Counted from the first letter of the stretch, positions 1 through 10,713 are shown. The stretch: 53,311 bases of DNA from Bacteroidales bacterium (GCA_016937295.1 JAFGWF010000099.1:1-53311), one strand, 5' to 3'. The notes: generated by a model from the sequence alone, not told the origin. Numbers and translations are program-made.

Positions 1-681
1 ACCATGCTTGCAGCTTTCGACTGGGATCGTCCGATTTATTATGCAATCACCACCGGACCAGATGCTTATCTGAATCTTATGGAATATTTTCAGCATGACG
101 GAATGGCTTATCGCTTAGTGCCTATCAAGTCGCAACAAGATCAGTTTCTTGGAACTTATGGTCGAGTAAATACCGACATTCTTTTCGATAAGCTGATGAA
201 TGTATTCAAGTATGATGATTTGAATAATCCTGATCGTTATTTCGACCAATTCCACATGCACAGTATTCGAAATTACCGTTCCAATTTTGCTAAATTAGCT
301 AAGGAACTTGTAAAAGAAGGCAAAAATGAAAAGGCTAAACAGGTTATTCAGCGGGCGATGGAAGTGCTTCCTGAGGAAACGGTAAGTTTCGACTTTTATG
401 TGGTGCCGCTTGCCGAAGCTGCCTACAATATTGGCGAGAAAGAATTAGGCGACAGCTTGACAAAACGATTGATTGAGATACAGATTCATGATTTGAATTA
501 TTATTATCATCCTAAGCAAGAGTTTAAGTCGAATGTCAATGAAAAACGTACGGCAATGTTGATTTTGCAGCAAATTTCGATGATGACAAAAGGCATTAAC
601 GAGGAGTTTTCTAAGCAAGCAAACGAAGCTTTCATGGCATATTACGATCGTTTCTCGGTGGAAGCTCAAGGCGAACAATAA
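1..681 (+). CDS. C-terminal part of a DUF2723-like (GT-C type) membrane glycosyltransferase-family protein; the 5' end lies outside the window
   Basis: The reading frame is open from base 1, with stop TAA at 679-681. The soluble helical C-terminus (..GMAYRLVPIKS..) resembles DUF2723 proteins of Bacteroidota from memory. A hairpin terminator follows. Confidence 0.5.
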   Translation, partial: TMLAAFDWDRPIYYAITTGPDAYLNLMEYFQHDGMAYRLVPIKSQQDQFLGTYGRVNTDILFDKLMNVFKYDDLNNPDRYFDQFHMHSIRNYRSNFAKLAKELVKEGKNEKAKQVIQRAMEVLPEETVSFDFYVVPLAEAAYNIGEKELGDSLTKRLIEIQIHDLNYYYHPKQEFKSNVNEKRTAMLILQQISMMTKGINEEFSKQANEAFMAYYDRFSVEAQGEQ

Positions 682-700
682 ACGGATTTTTTTTAAAATG

Positions 701-733
701 AAAGCGTTTCCATGATATGGAAGCGCTTTTTTT
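701..733 (+). terminator. Rho-independent-type hairpin terminator between convergent genes
   Basis: AAAGCGTTTCCAT-GAT-ATGGAAGCGCTTT forms a 13-bp stem with one G.U position, followed by a T7 run. It lies 20 nt after the stop at 681. Confidence 0.6.
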
Positions 734-1745
734 ATAACCCTTCCGTACAGTTTCGACAAATTTCGATTTGGCTTCTATCGGTTAGAATTTGTTGCCGAAA
801 TTTCAGATAGTCAGGGTTTTGCAATATTTTTTTGTACTCTGTCTTCATGATATTTCCAAACTGGTGGGTGGCATCTTTGTCGAAACAACAAGGCACCACA
901 TTGCCATCCCACGTAATGACCGAGCCTGACCACGAACGGTAGCACCGATTTGGCAAATTTCCCTTAAGTGTAAAAACGCCTTCGGATGATTCACGGTAGC
1001 GCGAATATTTCACCAACCCCGGCATCAGTGGACTTCCTTTTTCAAATTCATAAATTTGAGCAGTTTTTATGGCAAGTTTATCCACACCAATCGTTTTAGC
1101 CAAAGACTTCATTTCACTGATTTGGTGTTCGTTGTGTTTAAAAACAATAAATTGCATTTCCACAAAAGGTTTTGTTGATTTCATGCTTTTTCTAATCTCC
1201 ATAAACTGTTGGATGTTTTCAACCACTTGATAAAAATTACCGCCCCGCCTGTATTTTAAGTAGGTTTCGGCATCGGCTCCATCCACAGAAACGATCAGTC
1301 GATCGAGACCAGATTCGATGATTTGAACTGCCTTGGTTTTGGTAAGAAAATGAGCGTTAGTGCTGGTTGCAGTTACGATTTTCTTGTGAGAAAGCTGTTT
1401 TATGAAGTCAGAAAAAGACCTATGAAGCAAAGGTTCGCCCTGAAAGTAAAAGGTTACGTAAATTAGTTTTTCGCCGAGCTGTTGCACAATTCGGTTGAAA
1501 GTGTCTGCCGAAAGAGCACCTGTAGCGCGCGTAAATTTTCGCAGACCACTTGGGCACTCAGGGCATTGTAGGTTGCAACTTGTTGTGGGCTCAATAGAGA
1601 TGCTTGCCGGCATTCCTTTGTACGAGGCTTTGCGGGTTAATGCAGAGTAATAATAGGTGATTTTAAGAAGCAGAAAATTGCTCAGTCGTTTCAGTGTTAT
1701 AGCTCTGAAAAAGGCCAGATAATAAGTCAGTAAGTATCTGTTCAT
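732..1745 (-). CDS. radical SAM / SPASM domain protein
   Basis: 337-aa ORF. A CX3CX2C cluster motif (TSCNLQCPECPSG) sits near the N-terminus and a Cys-rich SPASM-like C-terminus is present (VVPCCFD ... CRNC). Its start overlaps the upstream gene's stop by 1 nt (TGATG). Confidence 0.8.
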   Translation of the reverse strand: MNRYLLTYYLAFFRAITLKRLSNFLLLKITYYYSALTRKASYKGMPASISIEPTTSCNLQCPECPSGLRKFTRATGALSADTFNRIVQQLGEKLIYVTFYFQGEPLLHRSFSDFIKQLSHKKIVTATSTNAHFLTKTKAVQIIESGLDRLIVSVDGADAETYLKYRRGGNFYQVVENIQQFMEIRKSMKSTKPFVEMQFIVFKHNEHQISEMKSLAKTIGVDKLAIKTAQIYEFEKGSPLMPGLVKYSRYRESSEGVFTLKGNLPNRCYRSWSGSVITWDGNVVPCCFDKDATHQFGNIMKTEYKKILQNPDYLKFRQQILTDRSQIEICRNCTEGL

Positions 1746-2842
1746 CAGATAGATTTAGTGACTTTTTTCACAATGTCCAATTCGCTGAAAAACTCTTTTG
1801 CAATTACGCGTAAGATGGTATAAACCGGAATTGCCAGAATCATTCCCAAAGGACCATAAAGTGAGCCGCCAACAATGATTACAATGAAAATCTCCAGCGG
1901 ATGTGCAAGCACTGAGTTGGAATAAATTATGGGTTGAAGCAAGAAATTGTCGATTAGATTGGCTATGGCAAAAACGGTTACGATGCCTATAACTAAAGGG
2001 ATTGTGGCGTCAATTCCTAAACTAATATTGGAGATAGTGACCAATACAGCAGCCAGAAAACCACCTATAAGCGGTCCGATATATGGAATGATATTAAGCA
2101 AACCTCCAAGAAAACCTAGTAAAATAGCATTTTCGAGTCCGATGATAAAGCCACCAATACTTTCCAAAATCATCATCGCTCCCATTTCGGTCATTAAGCC
2201 AATAAAATAACGTGAAAGCATTTTCTTGATTTTGATAAGAATATGTTGAACATTTTTCTTTTTTATCTCAGGAACGAAAAGAAGGATGATATTTTGAAAC
2301 ATATTTTCATCGCGTATAAAGAAAAACGAAATGAAAACAATGGAGAAAAAGCCCATAAAAAGAGAGCCGAGTGTAGAAATGGCACCGGATGTGATTTGGT
2401 CGATTTGAATGCCTGAAATGAACGATTGGATATATGTCTGTGAAATGGCAGCAAGAGTTTCGTTGGAATCGATAATTCCATAATCTCTTAGAGTTGATTC
2501 AGTTTTTATAAAAGAGTTGTTAATGTTCTGACTGATAGCATTATAATCTAAGTTGGCCAATTCAGAAGTTTGGCTTACTATGGCAGGAATAAGTAAACTA
2601 ATAATGCCTCCGGTAAAAACTAAAAAGCTTAATAGAGCCATGACTGAGGAAAGGTTGTTTCCGATAGATTTTCCTCGAATCGAAATCTTTTGAAAAAGTT
2701 GTTTTAGAGGATTAACAAGGAGCGCAACAACTGCTGCAATGATCATATACACGACAATGGAAGTGAAATAATACACGAAAGCGAGGCCTAAAAATATAAT
2801 TAAGCTGCTGATTAGCAATTCTTTGGACGGTTTGAATCTCAT
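1745..2842 (-). CDS. AI-2E family transporter (PerM/UPF0118-like permease)
   Basis: 365-aa polytopic membrane protein. The C-terminal half (..IPYIGPLIGG.., ..LLQPIIYSNSV..HPLEIFIVII..GG..GMILAIPV) is typical of the AI-2E family. Confidence 0.8.
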   Translation of the reverse strand: MRFKPSKELLISSLIIFLGLAFVYYFTSIVVYMIIAAVVALLVNPLKQLFQKISIRGKSIGNNLSSVMALLSFLVFTGGIISLLIPAIVSQTSELANLDYNAISQNINNSFIKTESTLRDYGIIDSNETLAAISQTYIQSFISGIQIDQITSGAISTLGSLFMGFFSIVFISFFFIRDENMFQNIILLFVPEIKKKNVQHILIKIKKMLSRYFIGLMTEMGAMMILESIGGFIIGLENAILLGFLGGLLNIIPYIGPLIGGFLAAVLVTISNISLGIDATIPLVIGIVTVFAIANLIDNFLLQPIIYSNSVLAHPLEIFIVIIVGGSLYGPLGMILAIPVYTILRVIAKEFFSELDIVKKVTKSI

Positions 2843-3115
2843 GGTTTCAATTTCTGGCTTTTACTATAACTAAACAAGTTGTGAAATTAGTGGAATAACT
2901 ATTATCAAAACAAAGAAAATTTTTGAGATATGAAACAGAATGTAAATTTGCTTTTTTGGTCGGAATAACGAAGTTAACTCTTCAGCTTTTTTAAATTTGA
3001 TTCAGCCGGTTTTCGGCTGTTGAGAATAGCCGTTTTTTGTGGTGAATATCGGCTCTTAGTAATAGGTATGATTGATCGACTGGTCCAATTATACGGGACT
3101 TCTAATCCCGATATT

Positions 3116-4402
3116 TTATCGGGATGCTTTTTCTTGGTTGATTTGCCTAAGTTTTTTGGGACTGCAAAAAATAGAAATGGGAATTAATAAAATGGTTGCA
3201 AAACTAAGAAATCTAAAATGTTGGGTATATTTAAATAAAAACGCACCAATAATATCAGAGCCATAAATGGGTGAAAAAAACAATAAGCAAACCATAAAGG
3301 TGTATAACGCAATTTTATATCCAATAGTTTTGCGGTGTTTATAGGTCAAAATGAAAAAATAAAGTAAATAGGTAATCATTGGAACCGCAAGAATAAAAGC
3401 GTACTTTTGCTGATGTGGCAATAAAAGTGGAATTAACAAGACAAAATATGAAATTTCCCAAAGCGACTTTAGGCTATTTTCCTCTTTTCTAAATGGAAGG
3501 GATTTGAAGAAGAAAAGTGAAATAGTTAATAAGAAGATTCGAGTGATATTGATAATAATTTCTACAACATGGGAATTCAAGTTTAGGATATTTCTTTGGT
3601 AATCCATTTCACCAATGGTTTGCGTAAGATAAACCGGCAGCATAGCCACAATGCTATGTGTGCCAATTTCGGTTTCAAAGAGATGCTCTTTATTGCTTGG
3701 ATTAATAATAGTCCACCACTCCGACAGTAAAAACGCATTGAAATCCCAACCGAGACTTATTGCCGGAATAAAAAGTAACAAAACGATAGTTAAAATGGTA
3801 ACCGATAGAGCTTTAAGATAGCCCCTGTAAAATAAATAAGGCAGCAGCAAAATCGGCATAAGTTTGATATTTATAGCTAATCCTAAGATACTTCCTCCCA
3901 AAATAAATTTTCCTTTTGATATCTGGTTTAAGGATTCAAAAATTGCCCATAATAAAAAGAAGGTTATTTGAATCATTGCAACATTATATAAGATAAACTG
4001 AAATGAAAAAAAAGTGATAAGAAATACCCAAAAGTTGTATTCTTTTTTTGACAATATCTCTGTTTCAAAATATCCTGTAACTAATTTAAAAGTTCGGTAC
4101 AATAAAGCAAAGGACAGTAACGACCAAAGAATTTCGGTTAAGATTACGTAGTTATGAAATGGGATTAATACCCAGGCAAAAAAAGTACTGTAATAATACT
4201 GCAGTCCTTTAATAAATGGGGGTGTGTAGATATTTGATTGGTTTGAAAGTTTCTTGGCGGCATCAAGATAAACATCAAAATCTCCTCCATTTATCGGAGT
4301 GGTGATAGACGTAATAATGGCAAACGCTAAAAGAAAAGCGACTATGATTTTCCTATTAATTGAACCTAATTTCATTTGGTTAGTCTTAAATAATTCTGAC
4401 AT
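3116..4402 (-). CDS. polytopic membrane protein, GT87/DUF2029-like glycosyltransferase family
   Basis: 428-aa ORF with many hydrophobic helices. It has the N-terminal DFDVY..AA motif region typical of DUF2029 proteins. The call rests on architecture only. Confidence 0.55.
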   Translation of the reverse strand: MSELFKTNQMKLGSINRKIIVAFLLAFAIITSITTPINGGDFDVYLDAAKKLSNQSNIYTPPFIKGLQYYYSTFFAWVLIPFHNYVILTEILWSLLSFALLYRTFKLVTGYFETEILSKKEYNFWVFLITFFSFQFILYNVAMIQITFFLLWAIFESLNQISKGKFILGGSILGLAINIKLMPILLLPYLFYRGYLKALSVTILTIVLLLFIPAISLGWDFNAFLLSEWWTIINPSNKEHLFETEIGTHSIVAMLPVYLTQTIGEMDYQRNILNLNSHVVEIIINITRIFLLTISLFFFKSLPFRKEENSLKSLWEISYFVLLIPLLLPHQQKYAFILAVPMITYLLYFFILTYKHRKTIGYKIALYTFMVCLLFFSPIYGSDIIGAFLFKYTQHFRFLSFATILLIPISIFCSPKKLRQINQEKASR

Positions 4403-4761
4403 TGTAATCCGTCAAAATGGGGTGAATATTAGTTTTTGAATGGAATAGTTATGGTTATTTTATAACTATTTGAAAAAACTGTTGTATTCCATCTTAACTT
4501 TCAAATCTTGGGTATTTAGGTGCAAATTTATATTTTATTCTATTACTACCAAATCTTACCCAATAGTCCGTTGAAGGTTTTTGCTCCAAAGGCTTTTTCT
4601 CTCATTGAATCGTCTCTTATTTAGTTCGTTATTGGTTGACTTATTATTAATCAATGATAAAAGTTTTTGAAAAAATGCAATTTTCCTAAGCGCATTGTGG
4701 TTTCCTTGAATTACGTTGTTTTTTGATAATTCCAATATGAATTAGAAATTATCATTTCGAA

Positions 4762-5193
4762 TCATTCCTCAATCCTCAACTTCAACACACCGGCTTTAAT
4801 CTTGAAAAGCTTATATTGGGAAGTTGCTTTTTCCCATTCTTCCTCAATCCAATGCCCATGTTTTTTTAAAATCTGAATCACTTGTTCGGGATCTTCTGCC
4901 GAAATCATTACAGGGATGAAATGTTTATTTATTCGTTTTATATTTGGCCCGAATTGCCTTGAAATGAGAACATTAATGCCTTCTTCTTTCAGCAATTGAA
5001 TAATCCCATCCGCTTTATTTTGATCACCGTGTGTATCTTCTGAATGCTTATCTTTGAACGGGTTCGGTATTTTATTCCGAAATTCGATTTTTTCCGAATC
5101 GCAACTATACACCACAAAGAAATCGGCATCACCAAAATGGGCATTTGGAAACTGATTTTCCAAGTCTAATGAAAAAGCACATTGTAACGACAT
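4762..5193 (-). CDS. NifB/NifX-like (dinitrogenase FeMo-cofactor-binding fold) small protein
   Basis: 143 aa. An HFGDADFFVVYS start-of-domain motif and a later GINVLISRQFGPN segment match the PF02579-type pattern from memory. Confidence 0.5.
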   Translation of the reverse strand: MSLQCAFSLDLENQFPNAHFGDADFFVVYSCDSEKIEFRNKIPNPFKDKHSEDTHGDQNKADGIIQLLKEEGINVLISRQFGPNIKRINKHFIPVMISAEDPEQVIQILKKHGHWIEEEWEKATSQYKLFKIKAGVLKLRIEE

Positions 5194-5249
5194 ATTTAAA
5201 TTTTTATGTTGGAGATTGATTTTACTTCTAAAGAGTTTGATTTACACGA

Positions 5250-5257
5250 CAAAGATA
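5250..5257 (-). promoter_or_regulatory. candidate Bacteroidota -7 box (TAnnTTTG) for the NifX-like gene
   Basis: CAAAGATA on the + strand reads TATCTTTG on the - strand. It lies 57 nt upstream of the ATG at 5193, in an intergenic region. Confidence 0.3.
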
Positions 5258-5378
5258 AGAATCCTTAGTCTTATTTCGGATATAATTAAGCCTTCATTAT
5301 TTAGAATCAATATAGTTTTGTGAAGTGATTTGTCGCGGGAAATGATTAAAATCCTTCATCGTACAAAAGTGGAATTTC

Positions 5379-6593
5379 TTACTTATTTATCCAATATTCA
5401 GGGTTTTGCGGCTTATTGGTTTTAGTGGACCAAAGCTCGAAATGCAGGATGGTTTCGCCGGTTTCGTTCGACGTGCCTACCAAGCCAAGCTCATCTTTTG
5501 TATTCACTTTTTGGCCTTCAGTTACATAGACTTCCGATAGATTGCTATAAACAGTAAAATAACTTCCATGCTGAATCAATACAGCTTTGAAGCGACCTAA
5601 CTGTATAATTCTCACCACCTTTCCTTCAAAAACCACTCTGGCACGAGCCATCTTTTCGGTTCGAATGTCCACGCCTTTGTTGTCAACAGTTACATGAAGT
5701 TCAGGATGAGGATGCGAACCGAAGGAGCTGATAATCTGACCACGCTCCAAGGGCCACGGGAGCTTGCCCTTGTTGCCGGCAAAACTCTCGGCAAGCAGTT
5801 TCTCCTCAGGTGTTAATGGCAGTCGCCCGGCTTCTTTATCCGCCTTTCCGGCCTTTTTCATTTGAGCTGCAATGATTTTCTTAATCTCGTCATTTAACTT
5901 TTGCCACTCCTTCTGCTTCTGTGCCAACTGCTGCTTGAGCTCCTTCTCTTTTTCCGAAATCTTCTTTACGGCAATTTCCTTGCGACTTTTGTCATGTATT
6001 AGATTCGATGCTTCCTGCTCTTTTGATGTCATCAAATTGATTCGGTCTTGTTTGATTTGTTCCAAAGCGGCTATTCTTTGATTAAGCTCAGATTCTTTGT
6101 CAACGATATTCTGTGCTGCTTCTTTCCGTGCTTCGCCAATGGCGCGCAAGTATTTGATGCGATTATACGCTTGATAAAAGTCGTTCGACGAAAAAACATA
6201 CATCCATTGGTCAGCGGCATTCCTCGATTTATAAGTCTGGTAAATCATCTTGCCATATTCCTCTTTCAGCTTTTTCAGCGAAGCCTGAAGCTCTTCAATT
6301 TGCTTTTTTGCCTGTTTTATTTCTATCTCGGCTTGACTTATCTCACGGTTATAAACTTCAATCAACTCCTGCCGGCTCTTTATTTGTTTGTTGAGTAAAC
6401 TTATTTCGTTTATCGAAACTTTCTTTTGGTTTTCGGTTTCTTTCAAAAGCTTTCTCGTGTAACCAATCTCTTTTTCCAAATTTCGCTTCGATTTTTCTAA
6501 GGCATTTTTATTTTGGCTCCAAATCGACATCGGGAAAAGTAGTCCGATAAGCAGTGCTATCATTAAAAAAATTTTTCCGTTTTGTGTTTTCAT
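5379..6593 (-). CDS. EnvC-like murein hydrolase activator (coiled coil plus degenerate LytM/M23 domain)
   Basis: 404 aa with a signal peptide, a long K/E/Q-rich coiled coil and a C-terminal M23-like domain. The metal ligands are degenerate: NKGVDI replaces HxxxD and ILHFE replaces HxH, as in non-catalytic EnvC. Confidence 0.8.
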   Translation of the reverse strand: MKTQNGKIFLMIALLIGLLFPMSIWSQNKNALEKSKRNLEKEIGYTRKLLKETENQKKVSINEISLLNKQIKSRQELIEVYNREISQAEIEIKQAKKQIEELQASLKKLKEEYGKMIYQTYKSRNAADQWMYVFSSNDFYQAYNRIKYLRAIGEARKEAAQNIVDKESELNQRIAALEQIKQDRINLMTSKEQEASNLIHDKSRKEIAVKKISEKEKELKQQLAQKQKEWQKLNDEIKKIIAAQMKKAGKADKEAGRLPLTPEEKLLAESFAGNKGKLPWPLERGQIISSFGSHPHPELHVTVDNKGVDIRTEKMARARVVFEGKVVRIIQLGRFKAVLIQHGSYFTVYSNLSEVYVTEGQKVNTKDELGLVGTSNETGETILHFELWSTKTNKPQNPEYWINK

Positions 6594-6718
6594 GCCAATT
6601 GTTTTTAATACGAATTTGAAAAGTAAAAATAATTGCCAAAAGAGTTGAAAATTATTGGATTAAACGATTTAATAAACAATAAATTGTTGAAATATCCATA
6701 AGGTTTTTAAACTAAATA

Positions 6719-7555
6719 CTAAAAAGTTTGCAACGTGTAACTATTTGGAATCTTGAAAGGAAAACTTATTTCAGTGTTTTTTTCAATTTTTGTAAAGTTA
6801 AAATGTAATATCAATTCCTTTACACCAATAAATTTAAAGGTAATTTCGGTTGGGAAAAGGCCATTATGGTCTTCAAAATTGGAGTAAATTGCTTCCACTT
6901 TTTTATTCGGATTTCTAACCTGTTTTAGGTTTTGCTCCATGATTCGCAACGTGGTTTTATCAATTTTTATCTTCTGAACCAATACTTTAGATAAGTCATC
7001 GTCCGTTTTTACATATTGCTTCAGTTTATGCCTTCCGATAGTGCTCAGCACAAAGGATTCCGGTTTTATTTCAAGATTGAATTTGTCGGTTTCGTAGTAG
7101 GGGATGTCGTTTCCAAGAATCAATGCTTGCAACATGTCGAAATCAATATCGGTGTTCAAATTGTAATTGATATATCGAAAATCTGTCAGAAAATACTTGC
7201 GACTCAGTCGATTAATCATTTTCACCGTGTCGGGCGTTACCATCACTCTTGCCACTTCAATATTCATCACGGTGATGCTGCACCATATCAAACTATCGTT
7301 CAACAGCCGCAACTGCCCATTAAAGTTTTGTTTTGTTCCGTCAAAATTATATATGCCACTGAAACGTGCCACTAAGGTTTCGAACTCAAACTCGGCAGCC
7401 TTCATGGAGTGAAAAACGCTGTCAACGCGGTTAAGTTTTATCTCGCTCCGTTTTGGGGCTTCAGGTTTACGGCTTTTGCAGCCGGAAAATAGTAATAAAA
7501 GGATAATTAAAATTAAAATAGGTTTCCATTGCTGAAACCTCGATTGAAAACTCAT
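6719..7555 (-). CDS. DUF4292-like (LolB-fold) lipoprotein
   Basis: 278 aa with a lipobox (LLFSGC). It occupies the conserved Bacteroidota position between the TPR protein and the EnvC-like gene. Its start overlaps the upstream stop by 1 nt. Confidence 0.6.
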   Translation of the reverse strand: MSFQSRFQQWKPILILIILLLLFSGCKSRKPEAPKRSEIKLNRVDSVFHSMKAAEFEFETLVARFSGIYNFDGTKQNFNGQLRLLNDSLIWCSITVMNIEVARVMVTPDTVKMINRLSRKYFLTDFRYINYNLNTDIDFDMLQALILGNDIPYYETDKFNLEIKPESFVLSTIGRHKLKQYVKTDDDLSKVLVQKIKIDKTTLRIMEQNLKQVRNPNKKVEAIYSNFEDHNGLFPTEITFKFIGVKELILHFNFTKIEKNTEISFPFKIPNSYTLQTF

Positions 7556-9189
7556 TAGTCTTTTGATTTAAGAAGATTGTTTAAATGAATTATTACACGG
7601 TTCGATGAATCGATATTTTGTCCCTTTTCAATCCAATATTTAGCCTCTTTTAGTTGATTATCAATCAGATAAAACTCGGCAAGTGTTGCGATATAGTGCA
7701 CATTTCCTAGGTTCAGTTCAATAGCGTTTTTGGCCAAATTATAAGCTCGTTCTTTATCTTTCTTTACAAAGAAAAGATGTTTGGCATAAGCATTCAAAGC
7801 CTCGCCATTATTGGGGTCAGCCATGAGCGCTTTTTCAAAACTCACTTCTGCTTCCTGATTTCTTTGCAGCGAATCGCGAATCATACCCATTAAGGTGTAA
7901 ATCTCCACTTTTTGTTCGTTTTTATAAACAAAACTAAGTCCCAGATTTAGTGAAGCTTCTGCCTCGGCAAAGTTTTTTATCTTGTACTGCGAAAGTCCGT
8001 TAAAATAATACATCTCTGCTTGTTGAGGAAACAACTCCATGGCACGGCGGGCATAGGATTGCATCGTTTGATAATCCTTCAAATCTCGACTTAAAAGCAC
8101 CACCTGTTTCCAAATCGGATAACGCGTGGAATCTATCGAAATAACTTGCTGATAAAGTTGCAAAGCTTCAGCGTAATTGCTATCCCGAACTAAATAATCA
8201 GCCCTCATAGTCATTGATTTGGGATCGGTCGGATGCGTTTCAACTAACAAACCCAACAATGTATCGGACTGTTTTCGGAGCTTATCATTTGCAGGATATT
8301 TGTCCAACAAATCGTACATTTTCACCATGATTTCTATCTTCTCATCGACATTCAAACCCTTGCTTTGCATGGCCTTTTTGGTTTCGTTATAGGATCTCTC
8401 AGGTTGGTTTTGCGAAGCATACCACGAAGCTAATACAACATGTATCTTTTCATCTTCAGGATTGATTTCCAATACTTTATTATAAAACTCGATGGCTTTT
8501 TCAGTTTGACCATCACGAATAAATATATCCGCAATAATGCCATAATATCGCTCATTATCCGGATATTTCTGAATTAGTTTCTCCATTTCGGCAATTGCTT
8601 CCTTGGTTTTTCCGGTTTTCAAATACAAATCCTTACGCTTTAAAGCAATCTCAGGATTTTCGCCAAACGTGCTTTCAATCAGATTATAGGCTTTTATGGA
8701 TTTGTTTAGATTGCCTAAGCGAAGATTGGCATTTACCAAACGGTAATAGTTGATTTGGTCGTCAGGAAATTTCTCCACTAAGGCTTCGCAAATCTCAAGG
8801 GATTTCTTATATTCCTTATTTTCAACGTATAACTGCGACAAATTTATCATTATCCAAGAATTGTCAGGAGCCAAGCGAAAGGCTTTTTCCCCAAAGTCTA
8901 AAGCTTTTGAAGGTTCTTTTTGACGCAATAGCTTCGATAGTTCATAATAGGCCGCAAAATGCTTTGGATTGTTTTTGATAATTTGTTCGTAAGCGTTCAA
9001 AGCACCTTCGTATTCCCCTTTCCAAAAAAGTCGTTTTGCTTCAATAAAAACTGCTGAATTTCGATAGTCATCTTCCGTAACGCTTTGACTTTCTGCCGTC
9101 TTGGTTAATGTTGAGCGGCTTGAACCACAACTCGTCAGTATGGCAAGACTTATCAGAAAAAAAGCAATATGACTTACGTAGTTTTTCAA
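7555..9189 (-). CDS. tetratricopeptide repeat lipoprotein
   Basis: 544 aa with a lipobox (ILTSCG). TPR-like A/Y/L-patterned 34-residue units repeat throughout. Confidence 0.8.
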   Translation of the reverse strand: MKNYVSHIAFFLISLAILTSCGSSRSTLTKTAESQSVTEDDYRNSAVFIEAKRLFWKGEYEGALNAYEQIIKNNPKHFAAYYELSKLLRQKEPSKALDFGEKAFRLAPDNSWIMINLSQLYVENKEYKKSLEICEALVEKFPDDQINYYRLVNANLRLGNLNKSIKAYNLIESTFGENPEIALKRKDLYLKTGKTKEAIAEMEKLIQKYPDNERYYGIIADIFIRDGQTEKAIEFYNKVLEINPEDEKIHVVLASWYASQNQPERSYNETKKAMQSKGLNVDEKIEIMVKMYDLLDKYPANDKLRKQSDTLLGLLVETHPTDPKSMTMRADYLVRDSNYAEALQLYQQVISIDSTRYPIWKQVVLLSRDLKDYQTMQSYARRAMELFPQQAEMYYFNGLSQYKIKNFAEAEASLNLGLSFVYKNEQKVEIYTLMGMIRDSLQRNQEAEVSFEKALMADPNNGEALNAYAKHLFFVKKDKERAYNLAKNAIELNLGNVHYIATLAEFYLIDNQLKEAKYWIEKGQNIDSSNRVIIHLNNLLKSKD

Positions 9190-9190
9190 T

Positions 9191-10192
9191 CTAATTTATT
9201 GTAGAATAATCACTTAAGCTAATTTGCAAGGGCTTTCCATATACTTCAGCATATTGACCGAGCATGGAATTGGTAAGAACGGCTTGGGTAATTTTGCAAC
9301 CCTCCTGCAAAATGGAATTTTCGACTACAGAGTTCCTGATTTCACTACCGCAACCAACGGATGCAAAAGGACCAATGATGCTGTTTTCAACAACCACATT
9401 TTCACCAATATAGCAGGGCTCAACGATAATCGCGTTGGTTGTTTTTATGTTTTTTGAAATGTAGGACGAATCGAAATCATTGACTAAAATTCGTTGGTTG
9501 GTGAACACCGTTGCATCCTTATTGCCGCAATCGAGCCATTCTCTCACCGCTCCTGAATAAAATTTCAGCCCTTTGTTTTTCATGTTTTCCAACGCGTCAG
9601 TAAGCTGATATTCACCACCTTTCGATATATTATTATCGATGAGATATTGCAACTCATTTTTTAAATTTTCTCCATCTCGGAAATAGTAAATACCAATAAT
9701 GGCCTCATCCGAAACAAATTCTTTTGGCTTTTCCACAAAGTCGGTGATGATTCCGTGGGCATCTTTTTTAACCACGCCAAAAGCGCTTGGGTTTTCTACT
9801 TTTTGAACCCAGATAATGCTGTCTTTTTTAGTGTCGAGCACAAAATCTGCTTTGAAAAGCGTGTCGGCAAAAGCTACAATCACTTCGCCTTCAAGGATTT
9901 GCTCGGCACAAAGAACGGCGTGTGCTGTACCCAAAGCCACCTCTTGATACACAATATGTCCTTTAGCGCCAAGGTTTTCGGCTATTGCCAATAAATCTTC
10001 CTCTACCTTTTGTCCGAAATGTCCGGTAACGAAAGCTATTTCTTCAATTTGTTCACCTACCACTTTTCCAATTTCTTCCACAAGTCGCATGACTATTGGT
10101 TTTCCGGCAACATGTATCAGTGGTTTTGGAATAGTTAGGGTGTGTGGCCTCATGCGTTTTCCCATTCCGGCCATTGGTATTATTAACTTCAT
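9191..10192 (-). CDS. sugar-phosphate nucleotidyltransferase family protein with C-terminal left-handed beta-helix
   Basis: 333 aa. It has the N-terminal IPMAGMGKRMRP nucleotide-binding loop. The C-terminus carries hexapeptide-like repeats (IGENVVVENSIIGPFASVGCGSEIRNSVVENSIL). Confidence 0.75.
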   Translation of the reverse strand: MKLIIPMAGMGKRMRPHTLTIPKPLIHVAGKPIVMRLVEEIGKVVGEQIEEIAFVTGHFGQKVEEDLLAIAENLGAKGHIVYQEVALGTAHAVLCAEQILEGEVIVAFADTLFKADFVLDTKKDSIIWVQKVENPSAFGVVKKDAHGIITDFVEKPKEFVSDEAIIGIYYFRDGENLKNELQYLIDNNISKGGEYQLTDALENMKNKGLKFYSGAVREWLDCGNKDATVFTNQRILVNDFDSSYISKNIKTTNAIIVEPCYIGENVVVENSIIGPFASVGCGSEIRNSVVENSILQEGCKITQAVLTNSMLGQYAEVYGKPLQISLSDYSTIN

Positions 10193-10218
10193 GATACTGA
10201 ATTATTTGATTTATTAAA

Positions 10219-10650
10219 TTATACTCCTGTGTGGCCAAATCCTCCGGCACCGCGGTCCGATTCGTTAAGATTTTCGGTAAGCTCCCATTGTGCTTGCTCG
10301 TGAGTGGCAATAATCATTTGAGCAATTCGGTCTCCACTATTTATTGTGAAATCTTCATTTGAAAGATTTATCAAAATGACCATAATTTCACCACGATAGT
10401 CGGCATCTATGGTGCCGGGGGTGTTCAATACGGTGATGCCTTTTTTGATGGCCAAGCCACTTCGAGGCCTGACTTGGGCTTCATATCCAACCGGCAATTC
10501 GATGAACAAACCTGTGGGAATCAGAGTTCTTGCCAATGGTTTTAAGGTTATGGGCTGAGATAAAAATGCCTGTAAATCAACGCCGGCCGAGGCGATAGTT
10601 GCATAAGCCGGAAGCGGATTATTGGATTTGTTTACAATGCGAATCTTCAT
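10219..10650 (-). CDS. dut: dUTP diphosphatase
   Basis: 143 aa with the dUTPase motifs [25 protein letters not shown] and a C-terminal [10 protein letters not shown]. Confidence 0.95.
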   Translation of the reverse strand: MKIRIVNKSNNPLPAYATIASAGVDLQAFLSQPITLKPLARTLIPTGLFIELPVGYEAQVRPRSGLAIKKGITVLNTPGTIDADYRGEIMVILINLSNEDFTINSGDRIAQMIIATHEQAQWELTENLNESDRGAGGFGHTGV

Positions 10651-10713
10651 AATCGTTTGACTAAGTGTTTCGCCGACAAAAGTATGGTTTTTAATGGAAG
10701 GTTAGCCATAAAA

